Source: Dehalococcoidia bacterium (GTDB lineage Bacteria; Chloroflexota; Dehalococcoidia; Bin125). From it: a stretch of DNA of 64,000 nt. Of the stretch, positions 30,754 to 39,611 are shown in pieces. How positions within the stretch are numbered: the first letter of the stretch is position 1; each line of letters begins with the position of its first letter. The notes beneath the pieces were generated by a model. It searched no databases and was not told where the DNA came from. It was given only the letters and a program-made list of their open reading frames with translations. The stretch spans positions 2,786,720-2,850,719 of the forward strand of contig OZ250140.1 of NCBI GenBank assembly GCA_965237475.1. Direction: 5' to 3'. Position numbers and translations under genes: made by a program.

Positions 30754-31289
30754 TCACCGTGTTCGCGGGCTGCGCGCTCGGCTACGTACTCCTCGAATGG
30801 CCGCGATTCCTCCTCCACGCCCCGACGCTTCCGTTCCAGGCGCTCATCCACGGTGCGCATATCTTCCGCCTCTTCCTCCGGGGTCAGTTCGTCCAGCAGT
30901 CCGATGAAACCCTGCTCGGCGAGGCTGACGACGGATTCGGCGACCGTTACGGTGACACGGGCGTCCTCCAATAAGACAGGGGAGAGATCGTCTGGTTTCG
31001 GGCGCGAACGCCAGAGTGCGCCGAGCGCGTCCATCGTCGATTCGAGGACGGAAACGCGAGGGTACATCTCGCACCAGAGGTCGGGGCGGTCCTCATAGTG
31101 GGCCAGGATCACCCCGAGGTCGGTCGTGGGATTCTCGGGCGTCGCGATCTGGCGAAAGGCCTGCTCAATCGCCCGAATCGCGCAGGCGTAGGCGTCCGCT
31201 GCGATGGATTCGTCGTCCGACCAGGCCGCCCGGCGCGCGGAGCGCAGCAGTTCGGCGGGCGGAGTATCGACGGGATGCTCGAGCGTCAT
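30750..31289 (-). CDS. Putative antitoxin: Abi/HEPN-like helical domain fused to an acidic RelB-like tail
   Basis: DAYACAIRAIEQAFRQIATPENPTTDLGVIL resembles Abi C-terminal helical domains (from recall); tail ELTPEEEAEDMRTVDERL...RPFEEY; translationally coupled to relE. Confidence 0.55.
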   Translation of the reverse strand: MTLEHPVDTPPAELLRSARRAAWSDDESIAADAYACAIRAIEQAFRQIATPENPTTDLGVILAHYEDRPDLWCEMYPRVSVLESTMDALGALWRSRPKPDDLSPVLLEDARVTVTVAESVVSLAEQGFIGLLDELTPEEEAEDMRTVDERLERKRRGVEEESRPFEEYVAERAAREHGE

Positions 31290-31406
31290 GGTCGCGGCCT
31301 TTCGTCCGACACGCCAGATCAGATTATCACTGGGGAGCGCCGCCACCGACACGGGTCCGTTGCCCCGTACGGAGCGCAGCCTCTTGGTGCGCTTAGAATC
31401 TGACAC

Positions 31407-32579
31407 ATGACCAACTATGACGCAGCGATCATTGGGCTTGGGGCGATGGGCTCGGCGGCGGCCTGGATGCTGGCGCGGCGCGGGGTCTCGGTGATTGGCT
31501 TCGACCAGTTTCATCCGCCGCACGACCTGGGCTCCTCGCACGGCGAGTCGCGGGTGATTCGCGAGGCGTACTACGAGGACCCGTCGTATGTGCCGCTGGT
31601 GCAGCGGGCCTATCAGCTGTGGGGCGAGCTGGGGCGCGAGACCGACCAGACGCTGCTGCGCGAGACGGGGGCGCTGATGGTCAGCGAAGCCGACGGGCTG
31701 CTGGTTTCGGGCGCGCTGGCCAGCGCGCGACAACACAATATCCCCCACGAAGCGCTGACCGCCGCCGAGATCCGCCAGCGCTTCCCGGCGATGGAAGCGC
31801 AGGACCCGATGGTGGGCCTGCTCGAGCATCGCGCCGCGCTGATGCCCGTCGCCGAGTGCATCTCGGCGCAGCTCGAGCTTGCGGCGCGACACGGCGCCGA
31901 GCTGCGCTTCGACACGCCGATCGAGCGCTGGGCGCCGACCGACATGGATGACATCGAGGCGCCGATTGAGATCGCGACGCCGGACGGCGCCGTGACGGCG
32001 GAGCGTCTGATCATCACCGCCGGCGCCTGGACGTCGTCGCTGCTGCGCAAGCTGATGCTGCCGCTGCTGGTGTCGCGGCAGGTGATGTTCTGGATGCAGC
32101 CGAAGGGCGACGCGAGCCGCTTCGATGTCGGCCGGCTGCCGATTCTGATGTGGGAGCGCGGGCCGCAGGACTTCGGCTACGCGATGCCGAATCTTGGCGA
32201 GGGCGTCAAGGTGGGCCATCACTATCCGGGCGACGCGGTCGACCCCTCGACGTACGACCGGGTGGTGAACGCGGCGGACGAGGCGAACATCCGCGACTGG
32301 ATGGCGCGCTCGCTGCCCGACGCGTCGGGCGAGCTGCTGCACGCCGAGACCTGCCTGTACACCAACACGCCCGACGCGCATTTCCTGCTCGATCTGCACC
32401 CGAAGCGGCCGAACATCGTGGTCGCGAGCCCCTGCTCGGGGCACGGCTTCAAGTTTGCACCGGCGATTGGCGAGGCGATCGCCGACCTGGCGCTCGATCG
32501 GCGCTCGGACCACGACCTGCAGCTGTTCAGCTTCGAGCGCCTGATGCGGGGTCGCGCGGCCGACGCGGCGGGGTCCTGA
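31407..32579 (+). CDS. solA: N-methyl-L-tryptophan oxidase / monomeric sarcosine oxidase
   Basis: GLGAMGS, GSSHGESRVIR, CLYTNTPD.HF, CSGHGFKF. Confidence 0.9.
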   Translation: MTNYDAAIIGLGAMGSAAAWMLARRGVSVIGFDQFHPPHDLGSSHGESRVIREAYYEDPSYVPLVQRAYQLWGELGRETDQTLLRETGALMVSEADGLLVSGALASARQHNIPHEALTAAEIRQRFPAMEAQDPMVGLLEHRAALMPVAECISAQLELAARHGAELRFDTPIERWAPTDMDDIEAPIEIATPDGAVTAERLIITAGAWTSSLLRKLMLPLLVSRQVMFWMQPKGDASRFDVGRLPILMWERGPQDFGYAMPNLGEGVKVGHHYPGDAVDPSTYDRVVNAADEANIRDWMARSLPDASGELLHAETCLYTNTPDAHFLLDLHPKRPNIVVASPCSGHGFKFAPAIGEAIADLALDRRSDHDLQLFSFERLMRGRAADAAGS

Positions 32580-32584
32580 GCGCC

Positions 32585-33553
32585 ATGCGGATCCAGCGGG
32601 TGGCGGTGGTCGGCGCCGGCGCGGTGGGCGGGTACTACGGCGCGCGGCTGGCGGAGTCCGGGCACGATGTGCGTTTCCTGCTGCGCCGCGACTACGACGC
32701 GGTGCGGCGCGGCGGTCTGCACCTGTCGAGTCACCTCGGGGACCTGCATCTGCCGTCGCCGACGGTCGGTCGGACGCCGCAGGAGCTGGCCGAGCACGGG
32801 CCGGTCGACTGGCTGCTGGTGGGCCTCAAGGCGACGGGTCTGGCCGACCTGCCGTCGCTGGCGGGTCCGTTGCTGTCGCCGGAGACGCGCGTGATTGCGC
32901 TGATGAACGGGCTGACGATTGAGCAGGAGATCGCCGAACTGCTGCCGGGGCGGGAGATTTTCGGCGGGATGGCGTTCATCGGGGTGCATCGCGGCGAGCC
33001 GGGCCAGATTCTGCATCTGGAGTTCGGCGCGCTGAATCTGGGGCACCGCGGCGACGATGCGGCGCAGCTGGCCGACGCGGTGGCGCTCTTCGCTGGCTCA
33101 AAGGTGGAGATTCGTCCCGAGCCGTGCCTGCTCAAGGCGCGCTGGGAGAAGCTGGGCTGGAACATCCCGTTCAACGGCCTGTGCGTCGTCGCGGGCGGCG
33201 CGGCGACGGACACGATCATGTCAACGCCGCCGCTGCGGGAGACGGCGCATCGGGCGATGCGTGAGGTCGTGGCGGCAGGCAACGCCGATCTGGCCGCCCA
33301 GGGTGAGACGGTTCGGATTGACGGGGATGACCTCTGCCATCGCTATCTGACGATGACCGCAGGGATGGGCCCATATCGCCCCAGCACGACGGTCGATTTC
33401 ATCGAGGGTCGTCAGATGGAGGTCGAGGCGATGTTCGAAGCGCCGGCCCGTCGGGCGTCGGAGCTGGGCGTGGCAACGCCGACGATTGATTTGCTGTCAG
33501 CGGTGTTGGGGGAGTTGGATGGGCGTCGGGTGTCGGCGTCGGGAGGTGGGTGA
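32585..33553 (+). CDS. panE: 2-dehydropantoate 2-reductase
   Basis: VVGAGAVGGYYG, MNGL, RWEKLGWNIPFNG, EVEA. Confidence 0.88.
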   Translation: MRIQRVAVVGAGAVGGYYGARLAESGHDVRFLLRRDYDAVRRGGLHLSSHLGDLHLPSPTVGRTPQELAEHGPVDWLLVGLKATGLADLPSLAGPLLSPETRVIALMNGLTIEQEIAELLPGREIFGGMAFIGVHRGEPGQILHLEFGALNLGHRGDDAAQLADAVALFAGSKVEIRPEPCLLKARWEKLGWNIPFNGLCVVAGGAATDTIMSTPPLRETAHRAMREVVAAGNADLAAQGETVRIDGDDLCHRYLTMTAGMGPYRPSTTVDFIEGRQMEVEAMFEAPARRASELGVATPTIDLLSAVLGELDGRRVSASGGG

Positions 33554-33847
33554 GCCGTTGGCGGCGGGTGCGCGGGGGCACGGGGGCGGTGCTGTGGAGG
33601 GCGAACTGGCGGTCGGATCGGGAAGGAAGAGTGCTGGGCCGTCCGCAGTGGGTGAAGGAGGTGGGGTGGTTCTCAGAGGTGGCGCATCGGATTGCTCGGA
33701 TCGTCTGGTGAGACTCTCGTTGGATCGCCGACGTGGCGTCTCTGAACGTCGCGATGGAACAACTGCTGCCGTGATCCGGAGTCGTCGCGTTCGGAGCGCG
33801 CGATACGTTGTGCGCGTGCCCGTGAGGCGCCGTCCGGGCAAGTAGCG

Positions 33848-34978
33848 TCAGGCTTCAGAGGCCTCGCCTCGCTTTGCTTCGGCGATTTCCCTCGCGCGCG
33901 AGAGCATGGAGAGAGTTTGATCGATGTTGCCGGTCAGTCGTCGCATCTGCGCCACAACCAGATTGCGGGCACGTGTGAATGATCGCTCCACGTTTGGCGT
34001 CTCTTGCATTGCGGTGGCTGCGCCAGTCGTGCTGTCCCTGAAGCTGAGTGTCGCCTCTTCGACGCTCTCGATTGTGGACAGCAACGTCTCGAGGGCCTGC
34101 ATGTCATCCTCGGTGTGTGGCTCTGCGGCTTGAAGCGTTGCCTCCAACGCAGGACGGGTGTATTCGAGTGTCTCCGCGTAAGTGTCGTTCTCGTCAGCAA
34201 GGAAGCGTGCGTAGCTGTTCAGCTCCTGTGCGAGCATCATGATGAGGGTCCGTTGCTGGCGAGCCTGGTCTGGAGCCCGGCTAGGGGCGTCTTGCAACGC
34301 TGAGAGCCTGTTCGTAATCTCAGTCATCTGTCCAGCGACATCTTCAGTTCGATTGCCGATCGATGCGGTGGAGTCCCGGAGGTCTTCGAATCCCTCCTCC
34401 ACTCTGGCGTGGTGATCCAGAATGCCTGGGGGATCGTCCTGACCTGATGATTCTGACGCTTCGCCGGGCTCTGTTGCCGCCGCAGGTGCGCCTCCGCAAA
34501 GGGGTCGGATCTCCGTGCCGGTATAGTCCGAGTACGGATTACCGAAGAGCGTCGCGCCTGTGAAAATGCCCTCAGCGGATTTGCGGAGGGCGTCCCGAGC
34601 CTTGTCCACTTCGTCGAAGTGAGTGTTGTATTGGATGACTTGATATGCGTTGATGTCGAATCGCAAGTCTCCGATGTCTTGCGTGAGTACTATGACGGGC
34701 TTATGGAGAGCATGTGACAATGCAAGTTCGTAGTAGACGTTCGGATTAGAATCGGTTAAGTCCGCCACGATAACGCAGCTCTCCTCAATCAGGGTGATGA
34801 TCGTCCTCATTGCATTTTGAGAGTTAGTGTTCTCGTCGGCCCGTACAACGGTGAAGCCAGCTCCTTCCATCGTTGCTCGAATCAGCCCACGGTAGATGGA
34901 GTCGAACGCGGCGTCGAATGGCATGATCACGAAGGCAGTCGGGTTCTCGCGGTGTGGATTCGTCATGTAGTGGCCCAT
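33848..34978 (-). CDS. Nucleoside 2-deoxyribosyltransferase/TIR-like domain fused to a long alpha-helical domain
   Basis: AFVIMPF...VVRAD...IVADLTDSNPNVYYEL...LRFDI; more AT-rich than its flanks. Confidence 0.72.
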   Translation of the reverse strand: MGHYMTNPHRENPTAFVIMPFDAAFDSIYRGLIRATMEGAGFTVVRADENTNSQNAMRTIITLIEESCVIVADLTDSNPNVYYELALSHALHKPVIVLTQDIGDLRFDINAYQVIQYNTHFDEVDKARDALRKSAEGIFTGATLFGNPYSDYTGTEIRPLCGGAPAAATEPGEASESSGQDDPPGILDHHARVEEGFEDLRDSTASIGNRTEDVAGQMTEITNRLSALQDAPSRAPDQARQQRTLIMMLAQELNSYARFLADENDTYAETLEYTRPALEATLQAAEPHTEDDMQALETLLSTIESVEEATLSFRDSTTGAATAMQETPNVERSFTRARNLVVAQMRRLTGNIDQTLSMLSRAREIAEAKRGEASEA

Positions 34979-35117
34979 CCGATCGCGCTGGTGCTATACG
35001 ATGTATTGATGATACCATCTCTCGGTGACGTCGCACGGCGTAGCGAGGTGAGTCGTTACGGAACGTCGGCGTTGCTTGGTTGGACGCTCAGGCCGCGCGG
35101 TTGAATCGCTTGATTTC

Positions 35118-35372
35118 TTAGGCCGTCGTGCGGGCCTGGGGGAGGTCGTGGGCGGTTTGCATGCGGAGCCAGTGGTCGGCGGTGCTGCCGATGGCTTGCT
35201 CGAAGCGGACGGCCATGTCGGCCGTGATAGGCGCTCGACACTCACAGATTGCCGCCAATGCCTCTTGTTCGACCAGGAGGTGCTTCGCCGCGTCCCCGAT
35301 GGTCAAGTGGAGCGCCTCGATGCAGTCTTCAAGCAGAGTCTCACCGGGGTGGTGCGGGTTCTCACGCGACAC
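35118..35372 (-). CDS. Second, divergent HigA-like HTH protein
   Basis: HHPGETLLEDCIEALHLTIGDAAKHL...ITADMAVRFEQAIGSTADHWLRMQ.AHDL. Confidence 0.75.
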   Translation of the reverse strand: MSRENPHHPGETLLEDCIEALHLTIGDAAKHLLVEQEALAAICECRAPITADMAVRFEQAIGSTADHWLRMQTAHDLPQARTTA

Positions 35373-35374
35373 GC

Positions 35375-35665
35375 TCAGGCGGCGCGTTCGATGCGTTTGA
35401 TGTTGATGTGGGTTGATTGCTTTTCGGCTTGGGCGATGTCGTAGTTGGTCTGGATCTGCAGCCACCAGCGAGGCGTGCTGCCGAATGCCTGGGAGAGGCG
35501 GATCGCCATCTGCGGGGTGACGCGAGCCTTGCCGTGAATGATCTTCGAGAGATGGCCTCGCGTGACGCCGAGGTGTTCGGCGGCGGCGGTGATCGTGAGC
35601 CCCAGCGGTTCGAGGCAGTCATGACGGATGTAGAGGCCCGGGTGCGTTGGAATGGGTCGCGGCAT
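35375..35665 (-). CDS. higA: HigA antitoxin
   Basis: HPGLYIRHDCLEPLGLTITAAAEHLGVTR...VTPQMAIRLSQAFGSTPRWWLQIQ.NYD. Confidence 0.9.
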   Translation of the reverse strand: MPRPIPTHPGLYIRHDCLEPLGLTITAAAEHLGVTRGHLSKIIHGKARVTPQMAIRLSQAFGSTPRWWLQIQTNYDIAQAEKQSTHINIKRIERAA

Positions 35666-35676
35666 CTTGGTCTCTC

Positions 35677-35949
35677 CTAGTGGTAGTCGACCAGGTCGAC
35701 GTCGTAGACGTCCGGCCCGTCGAATCGGAAGGTGATTCGCCAGTTGGCCGAGAGAGTCACAGCCCAAAATCCGCGTCGGTCGCCACGTAGCGGATGTAGA
35801 CCGGGAAGGTCAATGTCCTCAACGCCGCCGGCAGCGTCCAGCGCGTCGAGGATTCGCCGAATCCGATCGGCGTACTGAACAGGGACACCTCGCCGGGTTC
35901 CTCTCTGGTGGAAGCGTCGGATGCCGTTGTGTCGGTAGTGCCCGATCAC
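35677..35949 (-). CDS. higB: HigB toxin
   Basis: LHPLRGDRRGFWAVTLSANWRITFRF...DVDLVDYH. Confidence 0.9.
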   Translation of the reverse strand: MIGHYRHNGIRRFHQRGTRRGVPVQYADRIRRILDALDAAGGVEDIDLPGLHPLRGDRRGFWAVTLSANWRITFRFDGPDVYDVDLVDYH

Positions 35950-35973
35950 GCGCTCAGCGTAGCCAGGTCGTGC

Positions 35974-36504
35974 TCACTCGACAATTTCGCGCGCCAGGTC
36001 GGCGCTCCTTAGTGCGCTGCGCCACTCCTCCATCGCGGCGGCTCTTGATGACTCGGTGTTCCAGTGGAGGGGGCGCGGGCTGGTTGAGGGGAGCGGGACT
36101 AGCTGGGCTTCTACTTGCTTGAAGTGGCGGTTCCACTCGCGGGTGCGGCGGCCGTTGAGGAGGATGGGGCAGCGGCCGCGGGCTTCGAGCAGCAGGTCGA
36201 TGCGATTGGGGATTTCGTTGCGGATGCGGTCGTCGCCGGAGCCCTCGCGGCGGACCTGGCCGTAGAGGTCCCAGACGCCGAGGCCGATGCGGCGCAGCTG
36301 TCGCACCCGCTCGTCGTAGGGCGCGGCGGCGCTCTCGATCACTCCGCAGTCCTCCAGCACGCGCCAGAACCAATTTTGCGGGTGCGCGTAGTACTGCTTC
36401 GACTCCAGCGAGGCGACGCTCGGGAACGAGCCGAGCACGAGCGCCTGCATTTTGCCCTCGGGCAGGATTGGGGGGAGGCCCCAGAGGAGTGGGATAGGTG
36501 ACAT
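35974..36504 (-). CDS. Uracil/hypoxanthine-DNA glycosylase (family 6-like)
   Basis: LVLGSFPSVASL..KQYYAHPQNWFW, LPSTSP. Confidence 0.85.
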   Translation of the reverse strand: MSPIPLLWGLPPILPEGKMQALVLGSFPSVASLESKQYYAHPQNWFWRVLEDCGVIESAAAPYDERVRQLRRIGLGVWDLYGQVRREGSGDDRIRNEIPNRIDLLLEARGRCPILLNGRRTREWNRHFKQVEAQLVPLPSTSPRPLHWNTESSRAAAMEEWRSALRSADLAREIVE

Positions 36505-36509
36505 GGCGG

Positions 36510-36557
36510 CCTCCCCCCTCAGCCTTCGGCAGCTCCCCCCGCGGGGGGGAGCAGGGG
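36510..36557. repeat. REP/MITE-like palindromic element, copy 1
   Basis: CCTCCCCCCTCAGCCTTCGGCAGCTCCCCCCGCGGGGGGGAGC. Confidence 0.7.
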
Positions 36558-36595
36558 AAGGCGTGCGATGGCTAGCGGTTGAATGGGAGTGTTGG

Positions 36596-37819
36596 CTACT
36601 TGCCGCCGATCGCAGGGGGGCCGCCGACGATGCCGGCGGCTTCCAGGGCTTGCATCTCCGTGGTGTCGAGGCCGAGGTCGTCGCCGAGCACCTCGCCGGT
36701 GTGTTCGCCGAGGAACGGCGCGCGGCGCATCGGGACGTGGCTGCGGGAGAGCCGCGGAGCCCAGCCGAGCAGGCGGATTTTGCCGTGCTCGGGATGGTCG
36801 AGCTCGTGAATGAAGCCGCGCTCCTCGAGGTGCGGATTGTTGAACAGGTCGTGCGTGTCGAGCACTGCCCCGGCGGGTACGCCCAATTCGCCGAGCTGGT
36901 CCATCGCCTCCCACTTGGTGCGCTGCATCGTCCAGGCGGCGATCTCGGCCTTGAGCTCGTCGGCGTTGTCGCGACGATCCCACTCGTTCTCGAAGCGTGG
37001 GTCGATCACCAGGTCGGCGCGGTCGATCGCGACGCAGAGGCTGTCCCACATGCGGGTGGTGGTGGCGATCAGATAGACGTAGTCGTTCGCGCCGTCGCTG
37101 CCGTTGGCGGCCTTGCAGGGGTAGAGGTCGGTGGGGCCGCCCCAGGAGTTGCCGCTGCGCTGCGCAGGCTCCTCGCCGAAGCCAGCCACGGCGATGCGGG
37201 TGCGCATGTAGTAGGTCATGGCCTCCTGCATGGAGATTTCGATCTCCTGGCCCTCGCCGGTCTGGAGCTTCTGCACGAAGGCGGCGGTGATTGCGAGGGC
37301 GAGTTCGACGCCGGTACCGGAGTCGCCGGTGCTGGGGCCGGGGTAGATGGGGATCCCACCAGCTTCGCCGGTGACGGAGAACGCGCCGGCGGCGGCCTGG
37401 GCGATGGGGTCGAAGCACTTGTAGCCGCTCCAGGGGCCGGAGAGCCCGAAGCCCTTGAGGCGGGCGTAGATGATCGTGGGGTTGACCTCCTGCATCACGT
37501 CGTAGGTGAGGTTGAGGTTCTCCATCACGCCGGGGCCGTAGTTCTCGACGAACACGTCGTAGTGGGGCAGCATTTCGAGCAGCAGCGCGCGTCCGCGCGC
37601 TTCGCGCAGGTTCAGCGTGACGCTGCGCTTGTTGCTGTTCCAGTTGATGAAGTAGGGCGAGTTCATCGAGCCGGTGGCGACGCCGCGGCCGGGGTCGCCG
37701 ACGCCGGGCTGTTCGATCTTGACGACGTCGGCGCCGAGCCAGGCAAGGGCCTGGGTGCAGGACGTGCCCGCCTCGTACTGGGTCATGTCGAGCACGCGCA
37801 TTCGGTCCAGGGCTGGCAT
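36596..37819 (-). CDS. Family III CoA-transferase (CaiB/BaiF, Frc-like), copy 1
   Basis: MPALDRMRVLDMTQYEAGTSCTQALAWLGADVVKIE; catalytic Asp in STGDSG. Confidence 0.92.
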   Translation of the reverse strand: MPALDRMRVLDMTQYEAGTSCTQALAWLGADVVKIEQPGVGDPGRGVATGSMNSPYFINWNSNKRSVTLNLREARGRALLLEMLPHYDVFVENYGPGVMENLNLTYDVMQEVNPTIIYARLKGFGLSGPWSGYKCFDPIAQAAAGAFSVTGEAGGIPIYPGPSTGDSGTGVELALAITAAFVQKLQTGEGQEIEISMQEAMTYYMRTRIAVAGFGEEPAQRSGNSWGGPTDLYPCKAANGSDGANDYVYLIATTTRMWDSLCVAIDRADLVIDPRFENEWDRRDNADELKAEIAAWTMQRTKWEAMDQLGELGVPAGAVLDTHDLFNNPHLEERGFIHELDHPEHGKIRLLGWAPRLSRSHVPMRRAPFLGEHTGEVLGDDLGLDTTEMQALEAAGIVGGPPAIGGK

Positions 37820-37925
37820 TTCTTCACTCCTCCATAGCGGGCATCGGTGTGCGCTGGGGCACACGCTAGCTGTCCTCAGGGGAGTGGGGGGTGTTCGCGG
37901 TGGGGGGTGGGTGGCATGGCGGCGG

Positions 37926-37971
37926 CCTCCCCCCTCAGCCTTCGGCAGCTCCCCCCGCGGGGGGAGCAGGG
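37926..37971. repeat. REP/MITE-like palindromic element, copy 2
   Basis: Nearly identical to 36510-36557. Confidence 0.7.
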
Positions 37972-38010
37972 AATGGCGCGCGATGGCGCGCGGTTGAATG
38001 GGAGTGTTGG

Positions 38011-39237
38011 CTACTTCCCGGCGAACGGTGGCGGCCCGCCGACGATGCCGGCAGCTTCCAGGGCTTGCATCTCCGTTGCGCCGAGGCCGAGGTCCTCGCT
38101 GAGGACTTCGCCGGTGTGCTCGCCGAGCAGCGGCGCGCGGCGCATCGGGACGTGGCTGCGGGAGAGCCGCGGGGCCCAGCCGAGCAGGCGGATTTTGCCG
38201 TGCTCGGGATGGTCGAGCTCGTGGATGAAGCCGCGCTCCTCGAAGTGCGGATTGTTGAACAGGTCGTGCGTGTCGAGCACTGCCCCGGCGGGGACGCCCG
38301 CTTCGCCGAGCTGCTCCATCGCCTCCCATTTGGTGCGCTGGATCGTCCACGCGGCGATCACGTCGAAGAGCTCGTGTCCCATACCGGTGCGGCGCCACTT
38401 GGCGTTAAAGCGCGGCTCGGATGCGAACTCGGGGCGCCCGATCGTCTCGCAGAGCGCGCCGAAGTGACGGTCGTTGTTGGCGATGATGTAGAGGTAATCA
38501 TTCGCGCCGTCGCTGCCCTCGACCGGTTTGCAGGCGTAGAGGTCGGTCGGTCCGCCCAGGGAGTTGCCGTTGCGCTGCGCGACCGCGTCCTCGCCGAAGC
38601 CGGCGATCGCGACGCGCGTGCGCATGAAATAGGTCATCGCCTCCTGCATGGAGATCTCGACGCACTGTCCCTCGCCGGTCTGCAGCTTCTGGACGTAGGC
38701 GGCGGTGATCGCGAGGGCGAGTTCCACGCCCGTGCCCGAGTCGCCGGTGCTGCTGCCCGGGTAGACCGGTGGTCCGTCGGCGGGGCCGGTGACCGAGAAC
38801 GCGCCGGCGGCGGCCTGTGCGATCGGGTCGAAGCACTTGTAGCCGCTCCAGGGGCCGGAGAGGCCGAAGCCCTTGAGTCGGGCATAGATGATCGCGGGAT
38901 TGACGTCCTGCATCACCTCATAGGTGAGGTCGAGCCGTTCCATCACTCCGGGTCCGTAGTTCTCGACGAAGACGTCGTAGTGCGGCAGCATTTCGAGCAG
39001 CAGCTCGCGTCCGCGCGGCTCGCGCAGGTTGAGGGTGACGCTGCGCTTGTTGCTGTTCCAGTTGATGAAGTAGGGCGAATTGAGGCCGTCGGTGCGGGAG
39101 CGTCGGCCGGGGTCGCCGACGCCGGGCTGCTCAATCTTGACCACGTCGGCGCCGAGCCAGGCGAGCGCCTGGGTGCAGGACGTGCCCGCCTCGTACTGGG
39201 TCATGTCAAGCACGCGCATTCGGTCCAGGGCTGGCAT
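38011..39237 (-). CDS. Family III CoA-transferase, copy 2
   Basis: Same N-terminal signature; STGDSG. Confidence 0.92.
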   Translation of the reverse strand: MPALDRMRVLDMTQYEAGTSCTQALAWLGADVVKIEQPGVGDPGRRSRTDGLNSPYFINWNSNKRSVTLNLREPRGRELLLEMLPHYDVFVENYGPGVMERLDLTYEVMQDVNPAIIYARLKGFGLSGPWSGYKCFDPIAQAAAGAFSVTGPADGPPVYPGSSTGDSGTGVELALAITAAYVQKLQTGEGQCVEISMQEAMTYFMRTRVAIAGFGEDAVAQRNGNSLGGPTDLYACKPVEGSDGANDYLYIIANNDRHFGALCETIGRPEFASEPRFNAKWRRTGMGHELFDVIAAWTIQRTKWEAMEQLGEAGVPAGAVLDTHDLFNNPHFEERGFIHELDHPEHGKIRLLGWAPRLSRSHVPMRRAPLLGEHTGEVLSEDLGLGATEMQALEAAGIVGGPPPFAGK

Positions 39238-39611
39238 GGGGGCTCCTTTAGCGGGGTTGTGAGGGCACAGTAGCCAAATGTGCGGCCTTGCGGGTAGTTG
39301 GTCTGATCGCTCCTCATGCGGGGCAGCGGTTGCAGGCTGAGGGAGAGCGTTCGAGCGTCGCGCGTGCTGGCGCGGCCGGGGAACGCATCTCAGAAGTCCG
39401 CGATTTCCTCGCTTGAGTCGTTCCCGTGAAGCCTGGGGTCTCGCTTGAGCAGATTGCACGGAAGGCAAGGCTCGAGATTCCGGCCTGCGCCGGAAGGACG
39501 GGTTGGGAGGCTTGCGAAGCCCTGCTAGTCGCCGATCAGCGAGCTGTGTTGCGGTCCTGCGGCCCAGCGTTTCTCCATCGAACTCCACGTCGGCGGAGAT
39601 CGGCCAGTGAG

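Noticed and set aside
33553-33848. Small gene or structured ncRNA in the G-rich spacer after panE
   Set aside because: Low-complexity ORFs with no RBS or motifs, and no convincing stable stems found.
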